Shown here: positions 12,801-25,652 of the stretch, one piece after another
Numbering within the stretch: position 1 is the first letter of the stretch
How the letters are laid out: each line of letters opens with the position of its first letter
Assembly: GCA_020536535.1 (NCBI GenBank)
Contig: JAHLWZ010000518.1
Location: forward strand, 123,364-187,363
Source: Pelomyxa schiedti
Taxonomy: Eukaryota; Protista; Evosea
Length of the DNA: 64,000 nt
Direction of reading: 5' to 3'
Notes under the pieces: generated by a model
What the model was told of the DNA's origin: nothing
Database searches by the model: none
Seen by the model: only the letters and a program-made list of their open reading frames with translations
Made by a program: the position numbers and the translations under genes

Positions 12801-13950
12801 TTTGAACCAGGATTGATTGCTGCAGTTGAGCGTGAAAGCCTAAAGTAAGTCAAGTAGTTGCATAACTTTAGTTGGAAAACCATATTGGTTTGCCTTTAGG
12901 CTTTGGAGAGTCACGGTATGTTGTGCTCTTGCCCTTGCATTTGGGAGGAGACTCGACATTTCTTTCGTTCTTAGTGTGTGGAGTAAATTCTATAACTGGT
13001 CTTGATTTCTTCTTAGACCCACTACTCACTTTGGAGCGTTTCACTTCGCTAGAGTGTTTACGGGGAGGTGTGTGTGGCGGTGTACTTGGTGTGGTGGATT
13101 GGCAAGGTTTCAGGTCATCACTTGGAACGGAAGATGACTTAGAGGGAGACCTGGGGCTTTTGGAATGAAGTGGCACAGGAGGGGTATGTGTGGGTGGTGA
13201 TGCTTGCATTGCTGTCAAGCGAGCTAACCGCTTCTTTCTTTTATCGTTTTGATCAGGGAATGAGTAATTAGGAGGTGCTTGGAGGTCATCCAAATCATCC
13301 TTCAGCACAGTAGATACTATGTCTTCTTCTTCCTCATCAAGCAAACTTATAACAGGCACAACTGGTTTGGTTGACTGCAAGTGGGCATCAGTCAATGACG
13401 GAGGTGTCCCAGGCCCTTTTGGTGATAGAAGCTTAGTTGGCGTTAACGGCTTCTTTGATTCAAGTTTTTCTGATGACTCTTCCTGAGGTTGCAAAACAGA
13501 TGGTGATGGAGGAATGACTTCCGCAGGGACAAGTTCTGTGAATGAAGGTGCCTTTTTCTTTTTCTCACTTGAAGGGCTTTCAGCAGGCTCAACTTTCCGT
13601 TTGGTCACAGCATTGGTTTTCTTGGAGGCACTGTTGGTATCACTGGTGTTGTGTTTTTTCTTGGGCACTGTAGGCGGTGGAGGGGGTTCTTTTTTCTTCA
13701 CAACAACTGGCTCGTCGAAGTCGTCGTCGTCATCGATGTCGTCAATATCGTCATCAAGATCAACAAGCCTGTTTTTTCTAGCGGCAGACACAGCCACGAC
13801 AGGTTTCGTCGCTGTCTCCTCTTTCTTGCCTTTCGACTTTGAGGACTGTTTCTTCGGGGCGGCTTTTGCGGCCTCTCTTTTAATCTCCACTTTGCGATCG
13901 GAGGGTGGCTTTGACGACCCACCAGGAACAAGCCACTTCCGTATGTCCAT
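9877..13950 (-). CDS. RFC1: Replication factor C large subunit (BRCT + AAA+ + RFC1 C-terminal)
   Basis: MDIRKW start; BRCT (PEGAPNCLSGKCFLVTGVFEGLDRDD); LWVDKYKP; GIGKSTAA; VELNASDTRS; DEVDGMSSGDRGG; GGDMRQAI; K-rich tail. Confidence 0.96.
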
Positions 13951-14130
13951 GGTGTAGGCTGATTTGATAGGCCGAAATGAAAAAAAGAACAACGATCTGA
14001 TCTGCAAGGCAACATCGAGGCAGGGGAATGCCTTCAAAAAGGAAAAAAAATAACAAGTGTTGCTCGTGTTTATTTTCATGAGGTTTTTTCTGAGAGTTCT
14101 GTGTTTTGTTTCATGTTTGCGTATCCAGCC

Positions 14131-15823
14131 CTAATTCTTAAGTGCAGGTAGAGGGCCAATAGTACGAAAAATCCAACACAGAATGCGGACCCAAGAATGA
14201 CCACAAGGAGGAAAAGCCACCTGAACCTGTTGGTAGAAGAAAGGTAGTTGAGAACTGAGGAATGGGCTTATGAAGAAGGAAGGATACTCGTCATAGGTCT
14301 CGATTGGAAGTGGAGGTAGTGACATTATTTGAAGGGGCTCATTGAGAGCTGGATTAGCATGGTAAACGGAGATAGCACGCGACTTGAAATCAAAAGTTAC
14401 TGTAGAAATAGTGAAAAGAGTGTCCGGCGCGTTTCCGTTCCGGAAAATCGGGTAGTCCGGGTCCTGTGACATTTGAGGGGTGCAAATAAATTACAAGTTA
14501 CTCACAGAAGTATCTCCAAGCAATCCGAGGAGACTATCTACATTCAGTGGTGATCCATAGGCGTCCAAAGTAGCTGCTCTGTGCAGTGTGCTATTTCCAG
14601 GTTTCTGATTCACCGACATTCGAACGTACTGATTTACACGTTCGAGGTACGTGTTGTCTTTCACTTCCACCATGTCACTACCTATGAACATTAGAAATGG
14701 GGAGAGAAAGAGAATAGTACCTGAAGAATGAACTTCGATGTTTACCATTTTATTACCCATTAGGTCAGCAATGTTTATGCTGTAACCAAGGGCGACGTTA
14801 TCGGGTGTAGCTCTTAAGATAGCGTCATCGAGACTAATAGAATTCAGTACATCTCTGGAGCCAAGTGAGACTATTGGAATGCAAAAATACTGGGCGAAAT
14901 TAAGGAGACCTTGTTATAAAGTAAAAAGCTCTTCCAACAGTAACGTCAGTTGGAGGCAACGAGTTGACGGTATATACAATGTAATCGTTCCACCCAACAC
15001 TAAAGCCACTAACATGCCCTAGGTATGTCAGGGAATTAAACCTATCAGCTGCCAATGCTGTAGGTTGCCATGTCTGGCTAGCATGAAACAGAAAATGCCC
15101 TAAATGGGGTCAAACTGGACAGCAAGTTGTTCTGTACCATGAAAGTATGCAGAATCTGCATCATCATTATGAGCCATGATGGAAATGTCATTCATCTCCA
15201 TTGCCATAAAATCAGTGGACTGCTGCCTCACACACTGGTCAGGAGACAAGGTTGCACATAGAATTGCCATGATTTCAGGCTCTAATGCCAAGAGCAACAG
15301 GTCAACCAGACTAACAGAAGCTCCATCTGCCAGACCCACTATCTCTTGGTACACTTCTGGGTAAGCATCGTTGTTGAATTGAACGAACTAAAGAAAGGTA
15401 AAGGCAAAGTGAGAAGGACTGCGCTTACCGAATCGTATGTTGCGGAGTTATTAGTATACCATGGATACAATACATCTACCAAAGGAGAATACCTGTTGCA
15501 CCACTAAGTACAGACTTGGGAACGCATTAAGCTTTTACTATTTCCTTAATTTGTATTGTGTTTTCTATGTACTGCATTTACGTTGATACAAAGTCTCTCA
15601 TTCTATCTGACAGAATTTCACCGAGTTGGTAGCCCAGCTAAAATTGGTTTTAATATCAAAAAAAAAAAAAAAAAAAAAAAACCCTAAACAACAAAACACG
15701 TACGTCATAGGGCTCGCCGGCCACAATGGCTACAGTTTGTAGTGGGAGTGATGACCCACTCACTGCCGCGACGGAAAAAAAAACCGATGCGGCTAGAAAC
15801 ACCGCTGCCGTGCGAGATCTCAT
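14131..15823 (-). CDS. Secreted peptidase C45 family (AAT-like) Ntn-hydrolase; 3' end approximate
   Basis: Signal peptide MRSRTAAVFLAASVFFSVAAVSG; LGYQLG; YPEVYQEIVGLADGA; STDF..AHNDD; TLFTISTVTFD..VYHANP. Confidence 0.8.
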
Positions 15824-16293
15824 TTTGGTTGTGTTTTCAGAGTTCGAACGTTTTTGGTTTTAGATCGCAGGGATCTTTCTTCATCAAGAGTCTTGCGCCT
15901 AGAGTTCCATCCGACGATCAATACACTCCATCGACGTGGGAGAGTGCTTGGGATCTTGTGTGATTAGTTTTTGTGTTTCAGGGAGAAATGTAGGTGCCAA
16001 ATCTGGTTATACAGATCGGCTTGATTTGTGTTTTAAAAAAAGTGCGTGCTATGGCGACCGCCGACTGTTCGCTCCGTAGCTCCTCCCATAATAGAAAGCA
16101 GAGACGGGGCCAGTATCGACGTTAGTTTTGGTCCATTTACTGCTTGCAATCGCATATTTTTCTCTGTCCATTTTTTTTCACACTTCGGTCTCTTTTCGTC
16201 TGATTTCACTCACAAATAGTACCGCCATCACTAAACAACGATGTTCTGTTTTGTGCGGAGTTCCGTGCCTCTCATGCTATACATGACCTGTCA

Positions 16294-17522
16294 ATGCACT
16301 CTGATGACAGCGATAGTCTCAGACGCCCACACCGACGCTCACACTCCCCATCAACCAACGAAGAACCCAAGAGAGAAATCAGTTGTACAAGTAGCACCAC
16401 AACAGCCCCAAACACAATCACTAGTGGAACTCCACAAGTGCCACACGAAGGCGATGACGGGAAAAACAAAACCAACCAAAACAACACCCACGTGACAGCT
16501 CACAACCACGAGTACAGCAGAAGCAGAAGCAGAAGCAGCAGCCGGAGTAGCAGAAGTAGCAGTAGAAGTACCAGTTCCAGCAGTAGTGGCAGTAGCAGCG
16601 ATAGTGGCAGCGAGAGCGATTCCAGTGATTACACAAGTGACTCAGACTGGTCATCTTTGGAGGATGATTCTGATGATGAGCTCGACGACGAAGATGAAGA
16701 TGAGGTAATTCCTTATTTTGATGAATTTGACCTGGTAGTTCTCTCACTTACAACGCCAACAAGGAAGACAGAACTTGGATTGAGAAGTTTATTTCTCGCA
16801 GGTATATACATCTTTTATGTAAATCGATTATTGTTAACAAAAACAGAGGAAATGAATTCTTTTGTGAAGTTGATGAGGAATTTATAAATGAGGCGTTCAA
16901 TTTGTATGGCTTGTCTTCCGTGGTGCAGTACTACAAGGAAGCCCTCGATATTATCGTTTCTGCACCAACTCTAGCTAGTGCAACACCAATTCAATCACAG
17001 TCACCAGAAAATTCCGCCACCAGAATGTTGATAAAAAGCAGTGCCGAACTTCTGTTCGGTTTGATTCATGCAAGATTCGTCGTAACATCCAAAGGACTAC
17101 AACTCATGCATGAGAAATACCTCAATGGGGATTTTGGCAGCTGCCCAAGAGTATTGTGCAATGGTGCACCGCTTCTTCCTGTGGGACTAACTGACATGCC
17201 ATCCCAGCACTGCGTTAAGATGTACTGCATTCACTGTGGTGAGTGCTACAACCCATCTTGGCGCAGACACACATACATTGATGGAGCCTTCTTTGGTACC
17301 ACATTTGCACACTTAATGGTTATGCAATATGAGGACCTAAGAGCCTTACAAGGGTGCTCTGCACAGCACACTTACATACCAAAAGTGTTTGGGTTTAAGC
17401 TGAGAAACTGGACCCAGGCACACCACTCCACAACCACAACACACACATTGGACCCAAACAGCACCCCAGCCCAACAACATAAACCACAACCACCCAACAC
17501 ACAACAAAATTCTCAACCGTGA
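16294..17522 (+). CDS. CSNK2B: Casein kinase II regulatory (beta) subunit with long Ser/acidic N-terminal extension
   Basis: TWIEKFISR|GNEFFCEVDEEFINEAFNLYGL; LFGLIHARF; FGSCPRVLC; VKMYCIHC; IDGAFFGTTFAH; YIPKVFGFK. Confidence 0.96.
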
Positions 17523-17562
17523 AATTGTATTGGTTTTTCCCGTGTGAACAATGATAAATTTA

Positions 17563-19288
17563 TTATAGCTTTACGTGCACGGCACCCCACTCTATCACGG
17601 TAAAATTAGATGGGTTGGGGGAAACAGAGGATATAAGGTCTACAGAAGGAAGTGGTTTGCTGACGGCGCCATGGGCAAGTGCCTGTTTGGCTTCGGATTC
17701 ACTGCAGGCCCTGAATACAATGTACAAACGATTGATGACTACAGGCAGAGAACTTCCGGCAACAGTTATGGAAAGTGACACGGTTTCTGCAACAGTGGCT
17801 TGTGGTACAAAGCGAATAAGGGTGTGGGTAGAGGCTTGCATGTCGGAAAGCCAGAAGGTTATCATGTCGTTCCTCTCTCTGATGCCCAAACCTAGTGAGG
17901 CCAACTGTACGTCGAGGAAGGTATCCACATCAGAAGACGGAACGCAAAATAGTGGAGTTCCATAGGTTGAAGGATTGTCACACGAGACAAGATGAGCACC
18001 AAGACCTGCGTTTCTGCTATCAACAGAGAACTCCCAAAACAGATAACCCAGTTGCTTTCCACCAAAAGAAATGGTTCCTGTTGGGTGAACTGTGACCCCG
18101 TTCCAGCAAGTACGTTGGGGAGTGTGTATTGTGGGCTTTGGGTAGACCGTTGTGAATTGAGCTGAATCTGGTTGAGGAATCCTCACGTCAACATCTACAC
18201 CAGTAATATCACCTGAAATGCCACTTGGGGGATAGAATACAATGACAGGCTTTCCACCGCGGAGACGCAATACCAAATGCACAGTTGATTCCCTAGAGAT
18301 GTGGTAATCAGCCAATGTCTTGTAGGACAGCAGCTGTACACCAGCAAAGATTATTCTTTGTTGATCTGGTGGTATTCCTTCCTTACTCTGAATGCAGAGT
18401 TTCAACCAGGACACAGGCTGCTCCGGCACAACTTCCACGATCAGGGTTTTCCCAGTTAATGTCTTGACAAATATTTGCACTTTGGCAGGCCCATCAGGGA
18501 GAGTTACATGTTCAATCGCGTCTCTGATTCCAGTGGGGAAGAGCGCCTTGTTGCGCTCTTTAAGCTTAGATTTTTGTTAGGTTACTAAGTTAATTTTTGG
18601 TTTTTTTTCCCCATACATTGACAATAAGGCGCCCAGAACTCCTAATGGCTGTAGGATTAAAAGCTACATTTGTCTCTGGGGTTCCAAACAAATGGCACAG
18701 AGAAGAAGATATCTTAGAAACGGTGCATTTCGAGGCGTCTGCCCTCAAATGCCACACCGAGCCATTTGGTAAAATGACATCCCACTCTCTGAGTTCTTCC
18801 TCCTCCTCGTCGCTCCCGCGGCCACCCCCGCAGCTGTGTAAATCAGCCTGGGAAAGCTGGAACTCCCACATGCACCCAGTCTCCCTCAGTATCATGGCCG
18901 CTTCTTGCCATCTTGGAGACAACCCTGTTGAATTTTGTTTTGTTTTTTTTTTTAATTTGATGTTCATAAAGCGAGGGGAGGGAGGGCTCTATCAGTAACT
19001 TCCGAAAATAATTACTAACGCGTTTCAACTTGTGTAAAAAATTAAAGTGGGCGAACAACCTTCAGCGGGGGTCGGAGTCGGAGCCGGGGGCTCGGGACCT
19101 GTGGGTCTGAATTCGTACACCCCTGGTTCGACTCTGTCGCCCGGGTCCATTTCGATGCCGGATTCGAGGTGCACGAGCGTCCCAGACCTGCCGCCCGAGA
19201 CGTGCTTCACTATATACGATGCCTGCTGAGGTGCCTGAAACGTGCTCGAACCAACTCGTATCTCCCCACCCGTACCGTGTGTCGCCAT
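17563..19288 (-). CDS. Protein with internal ubiquitin domain (intact LRLRGG) fused to an uncharacterised KPVIxxYP domain
   Basis: Three exons: MATHGTGG..; STGLSPRW..; [78 protein letters not shown]. The ubiquitin starts at a GTG (Val), so it is internal. Confidence 0.8.
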
Positions 19289-19837
19289 ACCGACAACAAC
19301 CCGTAGTTTTTTTCTGTTTTTACAGAGACTCTCCGCCGCGGCTTTACGGGCCCTTGATTTTTTTTTCGGCCAACTTAACGCCCAATCACCGCATCAGGAT
19401 TCCCTGAATCCATCGGCCATCACTCCTCACACCAGTGAGGAGTGGTGGAATTGTTAGTATCCTGAATAGCAGAATTCAAGTAAAATGGTCTCCTATGAAT
19501 GCTGTTCGAATTACCCAGTGCCTCAGCTCCATGTCCAGCAAGTTCCTCTTCATTGTACCATGGAGAACTACCAGATACTGTTATTGACCGCTACTACTTT
19601 GGACAGCATTGCCCTGAGTGCCACGCGTTTAGACGCATAGATCTTTGTAGCCAAAAAGGAGGAAAAATAATTTGTTTTGTTCATGTCATTGTAGACTATT
19701 CTAACACTTTTTATTCCATAAACCAGTGGTGCTGGTCCGCTTCGCACGATTTTTGTCGTTCTTTTTTGTTGCTTGTTGATTGTGGATTTTTCCTTGGCGT
19801 CGAAACACAGGGACTACACAGGATGAAGGGGTGTGAG

Positions 19838-22800
19838 ATGTCTACGACAGCAAATATCCCTGTGGTGACGGAGTTTGGAGGGGGAAGAAAGGGAAAGCGG
19901 GAGAGCATGGGCAATGGCACAGGCAGGCCCTCTTCTACCATTCCGAGCAACAAAACAACACCAGCAAAGACAAAAACCCAGAGTACCGTTGTGGCGAGTG
20001 ACCGCCCCACCACCACAACAAAAACAACTACCGCAACACAAGTTACCACACCCCCAACAAAGAGAAAAACCCAGTCTACTCCCACAACCTCTAAGAAAAC
20101 TTCCACCATATCTCCCCTTACACATCCTGACACTAAGAAACCATCACCTCCCACTCCCAAGAAATCACGATTATCCAAAGTGGGTTCTCCACCTGTGAAT
20201 AAAATGACACCTGAACAGTTCACAAAAGCACAGCAAGAAACTATACGTGATAGGTGGATCACAATTTCCACACATTTTAGCGTTGATAGTGATGCCACTC
20301 AGCGAGTTGTGGAGGAAATTTCTTCCAATTTAGTCAGTGCACCTGAAATTTGTTCCTTTTTGTTGCAGATCCATGCAGCTTACAATAACTCCGATAGTGA
20401 TTTCCGAGAGGTGCTGAAGTTGTTTGCTTGTCTTAAGGTTGCTCTTTTTCAGAACACCACAGAAACTTATTGGGCATGACAGATCGAAAAGACTTTAAGG
20501 TACACAGCTATGACCAGAAGCTTTGTCAACAGCTTGGCTGTTTCATCTCTTGTGTCATTGATTAATGATCTTCGTGGCTGTGAGAGTCATCCAATAGAGG
20601 CAGCAGTATTATTGGCAGAATATAAAGTACAAAATATTATTTTCCTCTCCCAATATTTTTCCCAAAACAACAGATTGCATCCTTGGACAGGAACGTTCTT
20701 GAACTCTTGCATAAATTCTTGTACTTGAGAAGAACAAATGAAGAATACCTTATTTCTTTTATTCAGGACCGTGTTATTCTACTGCCTTCAACATCTGCTT
20801 TCATTGTGGCTCTCTTTGAGGAAGAGGTTTGCATTTTTCTTTCAGTTCTAAGCTTATTTTTTCAATAGAGAAAACGTCTGCGTTCTCTTATTGATGAAGT
20901 GTCAGGTGATAATATTGTAAAGGGACAACTCCGGAAAAAGCTAAAGTCTATGGGTGTATCAAACGAGAATGTCGAGATGATGCTAGACACAACATCAGAT
21001 GGTGATTTGATGACAAACCTACAATCTGAGGGTGTGTTTAGGAAATGAAAAATCGGTATCTCAAATAAAAAAGAGGATGTGACAAAAGAAACAATCGATG
21101 CTCTGATAAAACCTTTTGAGAAGGTGCCTGCAAGGTCAGAGCTCAAGAAGTACCTGTTGGATACCCCTTTGGCTGTGCCAATACCTGTTTCTTCTGATTC
21201 CTCAGAGATTTGGTTGCATCGAAGGTTCCCAAAAGTGTTCCAGTTTGACCTCTCAAGGAGTTGCCCCGGTTTGAGTGAGGTTTATTCTGGTCTGAAATGT
21301 CGAAGAGAAAGCATCAGAGACAGCTCCGAGGCTTCCCTTGCTCGCTGTATTGACAAATACTTTGCAGAAATTTTTCACCAATGGAGGAAGTACAATCCAG
21401 ATGTGGCGGCAAGAAGCAAAGCACCACAAAGGAACAGAACAGAGACAACTGCATCAGTGCCAGGTACAAGAGCAGATTGGTGGTTTGAGTTTGATGGGAA
21501 ACTTATGGTCAAAGGTGAGGTTCTCCTTTATTGAAAAACACCAGAAACAAACAAAGAAAACTAATTGTGTGAAAAAACACAAGCTGAAGAAAAATGTGAA
21601 GACCATCCACTACAAAAACCAACAAAAGAGTTAAGGAAGAAGATTTGTAACGATCCCTGGTTTGAAACTACTTTCATCAAGTACCTTGTGACCTATGCAA
21701 CTTCTGGGGCAACTTTTCAGCCTTGTGTATGTTTTCAAGGAAAAAACAAAAAATATGTCACAGAACTGCTGGGCCCTTCTCTGGATATGCTTAAAAAAAA
21801 AGTTTGTTTTCATTCTTTCTTCCTTTTTCTGTACAAACCTTTCATCACACAGGACAAGCTGCAAATGTTCATTTTTGCTGTGAATGTTTGCCGATTGATA
21901 AAAACATTTGACGTGTTTCACAGGGTATGCTATTTAACATTGCCAACGCCTCAACTTATGGCACACAAAAGATACCCTTGACTAAAGACATAACATTGAA
22001 GAATGAACAATCAAAGTGTGTTGTGACCCTAAAGAGCAATAGACACATTCACAAGAAGATTTCGGTTACTTGGTTTGTTGTTGCAACCTTTGGGGTTGGT
22101 GTTGTGGAGTTCTCTAATTGACTCTTGCCACAGCTCCACATTGTCTGTTGAAACTTTCCACTCAGTCTACAGACGATTACAAGAAGATGTCGACAAAACA
22201 TTGAGACCTTTCGTAATTCATGCTGTGGATTTCCCAATAGTTACCAACAGTGGGAGGAAGACACGCAAGGACCCAAAGAAGAAGAAAACCAAGAGGGCAA
22301 AAGAATTAGAAGTGACACTGGCGCCACTTGGTGATGCTCGGCACCCAACCAATGAACTGGAGCTGTTCGTGGCAGCAGTGAGCACTCTGTTCGGTCTGGC
22401 AGGCCTTCACAGCCTTGGAATTGCCCACCGCGATGTGAGGTGGCCCAATCTTGTGTTCAACCCAGAGACGAATGCCTGGCTTCTGATCGACCTGGAGTAT
22501 GCCGCGGAGTTTGGCACATCTCACTCAAAAACTGTTCACCTTCTTGAAAAACCCGTTGATCGCAAGTGCAGTTCCAAATCTGATATTTACATGCTGGGAA
22601 AAATGCTCGGCCGTTCCCCATTCTGCCAGACCCACCCTGAGAGATGCCCGGAAGTAAACAAATGGGCAGAACTCCTCTCCAGGGAACGGTTTGAGGAACG
22701 CCCATCAACAGAAGAGGCTCTCAAGTACATCCTGGAGAACCCACCGCCAAGTGCAAACAAAGGGTCTGTGCTGAACTGCTGCCCAGCTTTGGCCACACTT

Positions 22801-23277
22801 CTCAAGTACGATTCCGGAGCGAATAAATTCCGGCTCAAGAAGCCACTACCCCCAATTCCGGTACTCCCATCACCAAGAGTTGGGGAGGAAGATGACACAG
22901 ACAATGACATCACTGATGATGACATTCCGGCAACACAACGCCATTCCAGTAAACGAGCCACAACAAAGTCAAACACCTCTTCCTCATCCTCCTCGCCCTT
23001 GCTCTCGTCATCATCCTCACCCTCACACTCATCGTCATCATCACTTTCCTCAACACCACAGGGAAAACCCAAACGAAAGAGGAGACCCACAGAAAGACCC
23101 ATTTACATCCCAAAAAAAAAGGGGACACAAGCTGGTGGGAAGAACTCAAAGAGCACAAAGCACAAAAAGGACAGGAAGAAAAGGGCACTAAGTTCTTCAT
23201 CCTCCTCATCTTCACCTGCTGCTCACAAAAGCCGGAGAAAGAGGAAAATGAGAAGTTCCTCATCCTCTTCTTCTTAA
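19838..23277 (+). CDS. Crinkler/CR-type effector-like protein: low-complexity N-terminus, helical region, restriction-endonuclease-fold domain and atypical protein kinase
   Basis: Spliced RADWWFEFDGKLMVKAEEK..KELRKKI resembles the CR-REase D..(G/A)EEK motif. The kinase has VTLAPLG..ELFVAAVSTLFGLAGLHSLGIAHRDVRWPNL..WLLIDLEYA..SDIYMLG..RPSTEEAL. The tail is Ser/Lys-rich. Confidence 0.7.
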
Positions 23278-23344
23278 GTCACAAAAGACTTGTCCGTCTC
23301 CTGCGGAACAAAAAAAAAAACCATTCAGCTCTTTTGTGTCCAAT

Positions 23345-24951
23345 TTAGGAAAAGGCGGAGGTGAGGCGGGCTAAGGCCTCTGATAGCATTGAAGGAGGGC
23401 AGGCAAAATTGAGACGCATCCAACCAGGGACGCCAAAATCGGCGCCGTCTTGCACACCCACACCCCACTCAAGTGCCCACTTTGCAGGTGACGTCACTGC
23501 AGTTGCATTCGTTGTTGGTGAAGGAGTTGCAGTTGCAGTTGCTTTGGGATTTGCAGTAGCGTCGGTGTTGGGTGTTGAGGGAAGTGGTGGTGACCATTTG
23601 GTAGCATCAATCCATGCCAAGTATGTACCCTCAGGGGGATGGTAGGCAAGTTTCGGGCAGGACTTAATGGCCTGGGCTATGGCCTCCTGGTTGGTGCGAA
23701 GTGTGGAGAGAAGGCAGTCTAGCCAGGGAGCCCCCTGGCTCCATGCTGCATGGGAAGCAGTAAGCCCCAGTGGGTTACAATGAGGAACAATCCCAGTCCC
23801 TTTTTGGTTGGTCAAATTATTTGTGTTACCAATTTTAGAGAATACCGGCGGCAATGAACTTCTTTCGTAAATCAGGGTTGGGTATCACGGCTATGGCACA
23901 GCTTAGGCCGGCAATATTAAATGTTTTGGAAGCAGCATAGAGAGTGACAACTCTATCCATCAAGGGAGCTGCTTCTGGACATAAAGCAAATGGGATATGC
24001 TTTCCAGTGAGAGTGAGGTCTGTACAGTACTGTTATTTTTTGGAGAAAGGAAATATAATTTACACGTTGCTTTGTATTTGTCATAATGTTTCAACCTGCC
24101 CAAATTTCATCTGAAAGAAGGTATAGTCCATGCTTAATGCAGTGATTTGCAACCATTGCAAGTTCCTCTTTTGAGAAAATGCGCCCAGTTGGGTTATGTG
24201 GCTATATAAGTATCTCAGCAAAAAAAAAAAAAAGGAAAAAGCACATTCTCGTACCTGACATAGAATAAAACTCTTTGTGTTGGTATTAGTGACCCTCTCA
24301 AGTGCTTCAGAATCCAGAACAAAACGACCATCAGCCTCCTGCCTCATTTCCACAGTTTGCAGTTTACTTCCACAGTTTGCAGGAGCACTACAGAAACCCA
24401 AAATTTTAGTCGACACTACAAACCCGGGCCCATAATCCCCACCCACCAAGGCAGGCAAACTGATTAGTTACCTCAGGAACGGCGGATACGAAGGAATAGG
24501 CACGATGTGGGCGTCCGACGGCGCGCTCGTGACGCACCTCGTGAACATGTTCATGCCCGTGACGACGCCCGGCACGAACACGACCGACTCGGGGGCCACC
24601 GCCCAGCCGTGCCTCGTGCCCAGCCACGCCGCAGCGGCCGCCGCGACGTCGCGCGAGGGCGAGGTGTACCCGAACACGCCGTGCGAGACGCGCGAGGCCA
24701 GGGCGTCGACGACGCACGGCGGGCTCGCGAAGTCGGCGTCGGCCACCCACATTGGGATGATGTCGCTCCCGGTCGCGGGCCCCTTGGTGGCTTGCAGTGC
24801 GCCCCATCGGTCCCTGGTCGTTGTTGCCCCTGTGTGAAAAAAAGGAAAAACAAAAATAGAAGCAAACAGCTGGGTTGCTTGGGTGGGTGTGTTACCATTT
24901 GATGGCGCCGGTGCCTCGGCGGTCCGGACAAGACGCAAAGTCGAAGGCCAT
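23345..24951 (-). CDS. MalY/PatB-type PLP-dependent C-S lyase / class I-II aminotransferase
   Basis: MAFDFASCPDRRGTGAIKW|DRW; IIPMWVADADF; HGVFGY; YAASKTFNIAGL (PLP lysine); PEGTYLAWID; WMRLNFACP. Confidence 0.92.
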
Positions 24952-25652
24952 TGGATTTTGTGTTTTCTTATTCCCCTGTTTAATGATCATCAAGCACATC
25001 TGCTCTGTGGATTTTTTATCACCAAAACTGGGGTATTGAATGGGTTCTGGTCTGCATTAACCCCAGCAGGGCACGGGTGGCCAATTACATGTTGGTCACG
25101 AAGTGTGAGCTGCGACTGAAGGAGGCGGGCCCTCCTGCAAGGACCTTCGGCCGGCATCCATTGTTGTGGACTGCCTATTATTGCCCAAGGAAATAATCGT
25201 AAAGTTTTGGTTAGTGAATTTCCCTCCCACGGCCCACGTGTTTCTGCGAGATGGGTCTTGCACCAACCGACACACATAAAAGAAAACCACCCAAGGAGAA
25301 AAACCCTTTGGTTCCTCATTGAGAGCTTCTTCTGTGGGAGCACATGCTCATCATCTATGGCTATCTCTATCTATCTGAGAAACACAAACTAATACTCGCT
25401 GTGGAATGCTCCAATTGATTTCACCTTATAAAGCGTACGCAGTCTTCTGTACTTGCTTAACACCGGTCTCAAATGTAACAAGGTGCATTAACCCACTCAC
25501 GTCATTCCTTCCCATGTAGTTCTTTTCCTTTTTTTTGAGAGCACTCTCGAAGTTATCATCGGTATGTCGGTTTCTTCTTTGACACGTGACTTGGGAGTTG
25601 TTTGACAGAAAGGAATTTATCTCACTGGACATATTCAAGCAAGAAGAGGTGA

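Noticed and set aside
13951-14079. N-terminal extension of RFC1 in the ORF track
   Set aside because: It is an upstream in-frame extension; the MDIRKW start at 13950 matches the RFC1 family.
15658-15680. Poly-A/T runs and short microsatellites (e.g. AAG repeat near 50121-50145)
   Set aside because: They lie in introns or low-complexity coding, with no target-site duplications or retroelement ORFs.
21040-21080. In-frame TGA in the CR-type gene
   Set aside because: It lies within a ~42-nt GT-AG intron whose removal keeps the frame.
24990-25640. Short minus-strand ORFs upstream of the MalY-type gene
   Set aside because: There are no recognisable motifs or consistent splicing, and the enzyme has its own canonical start at 24951.
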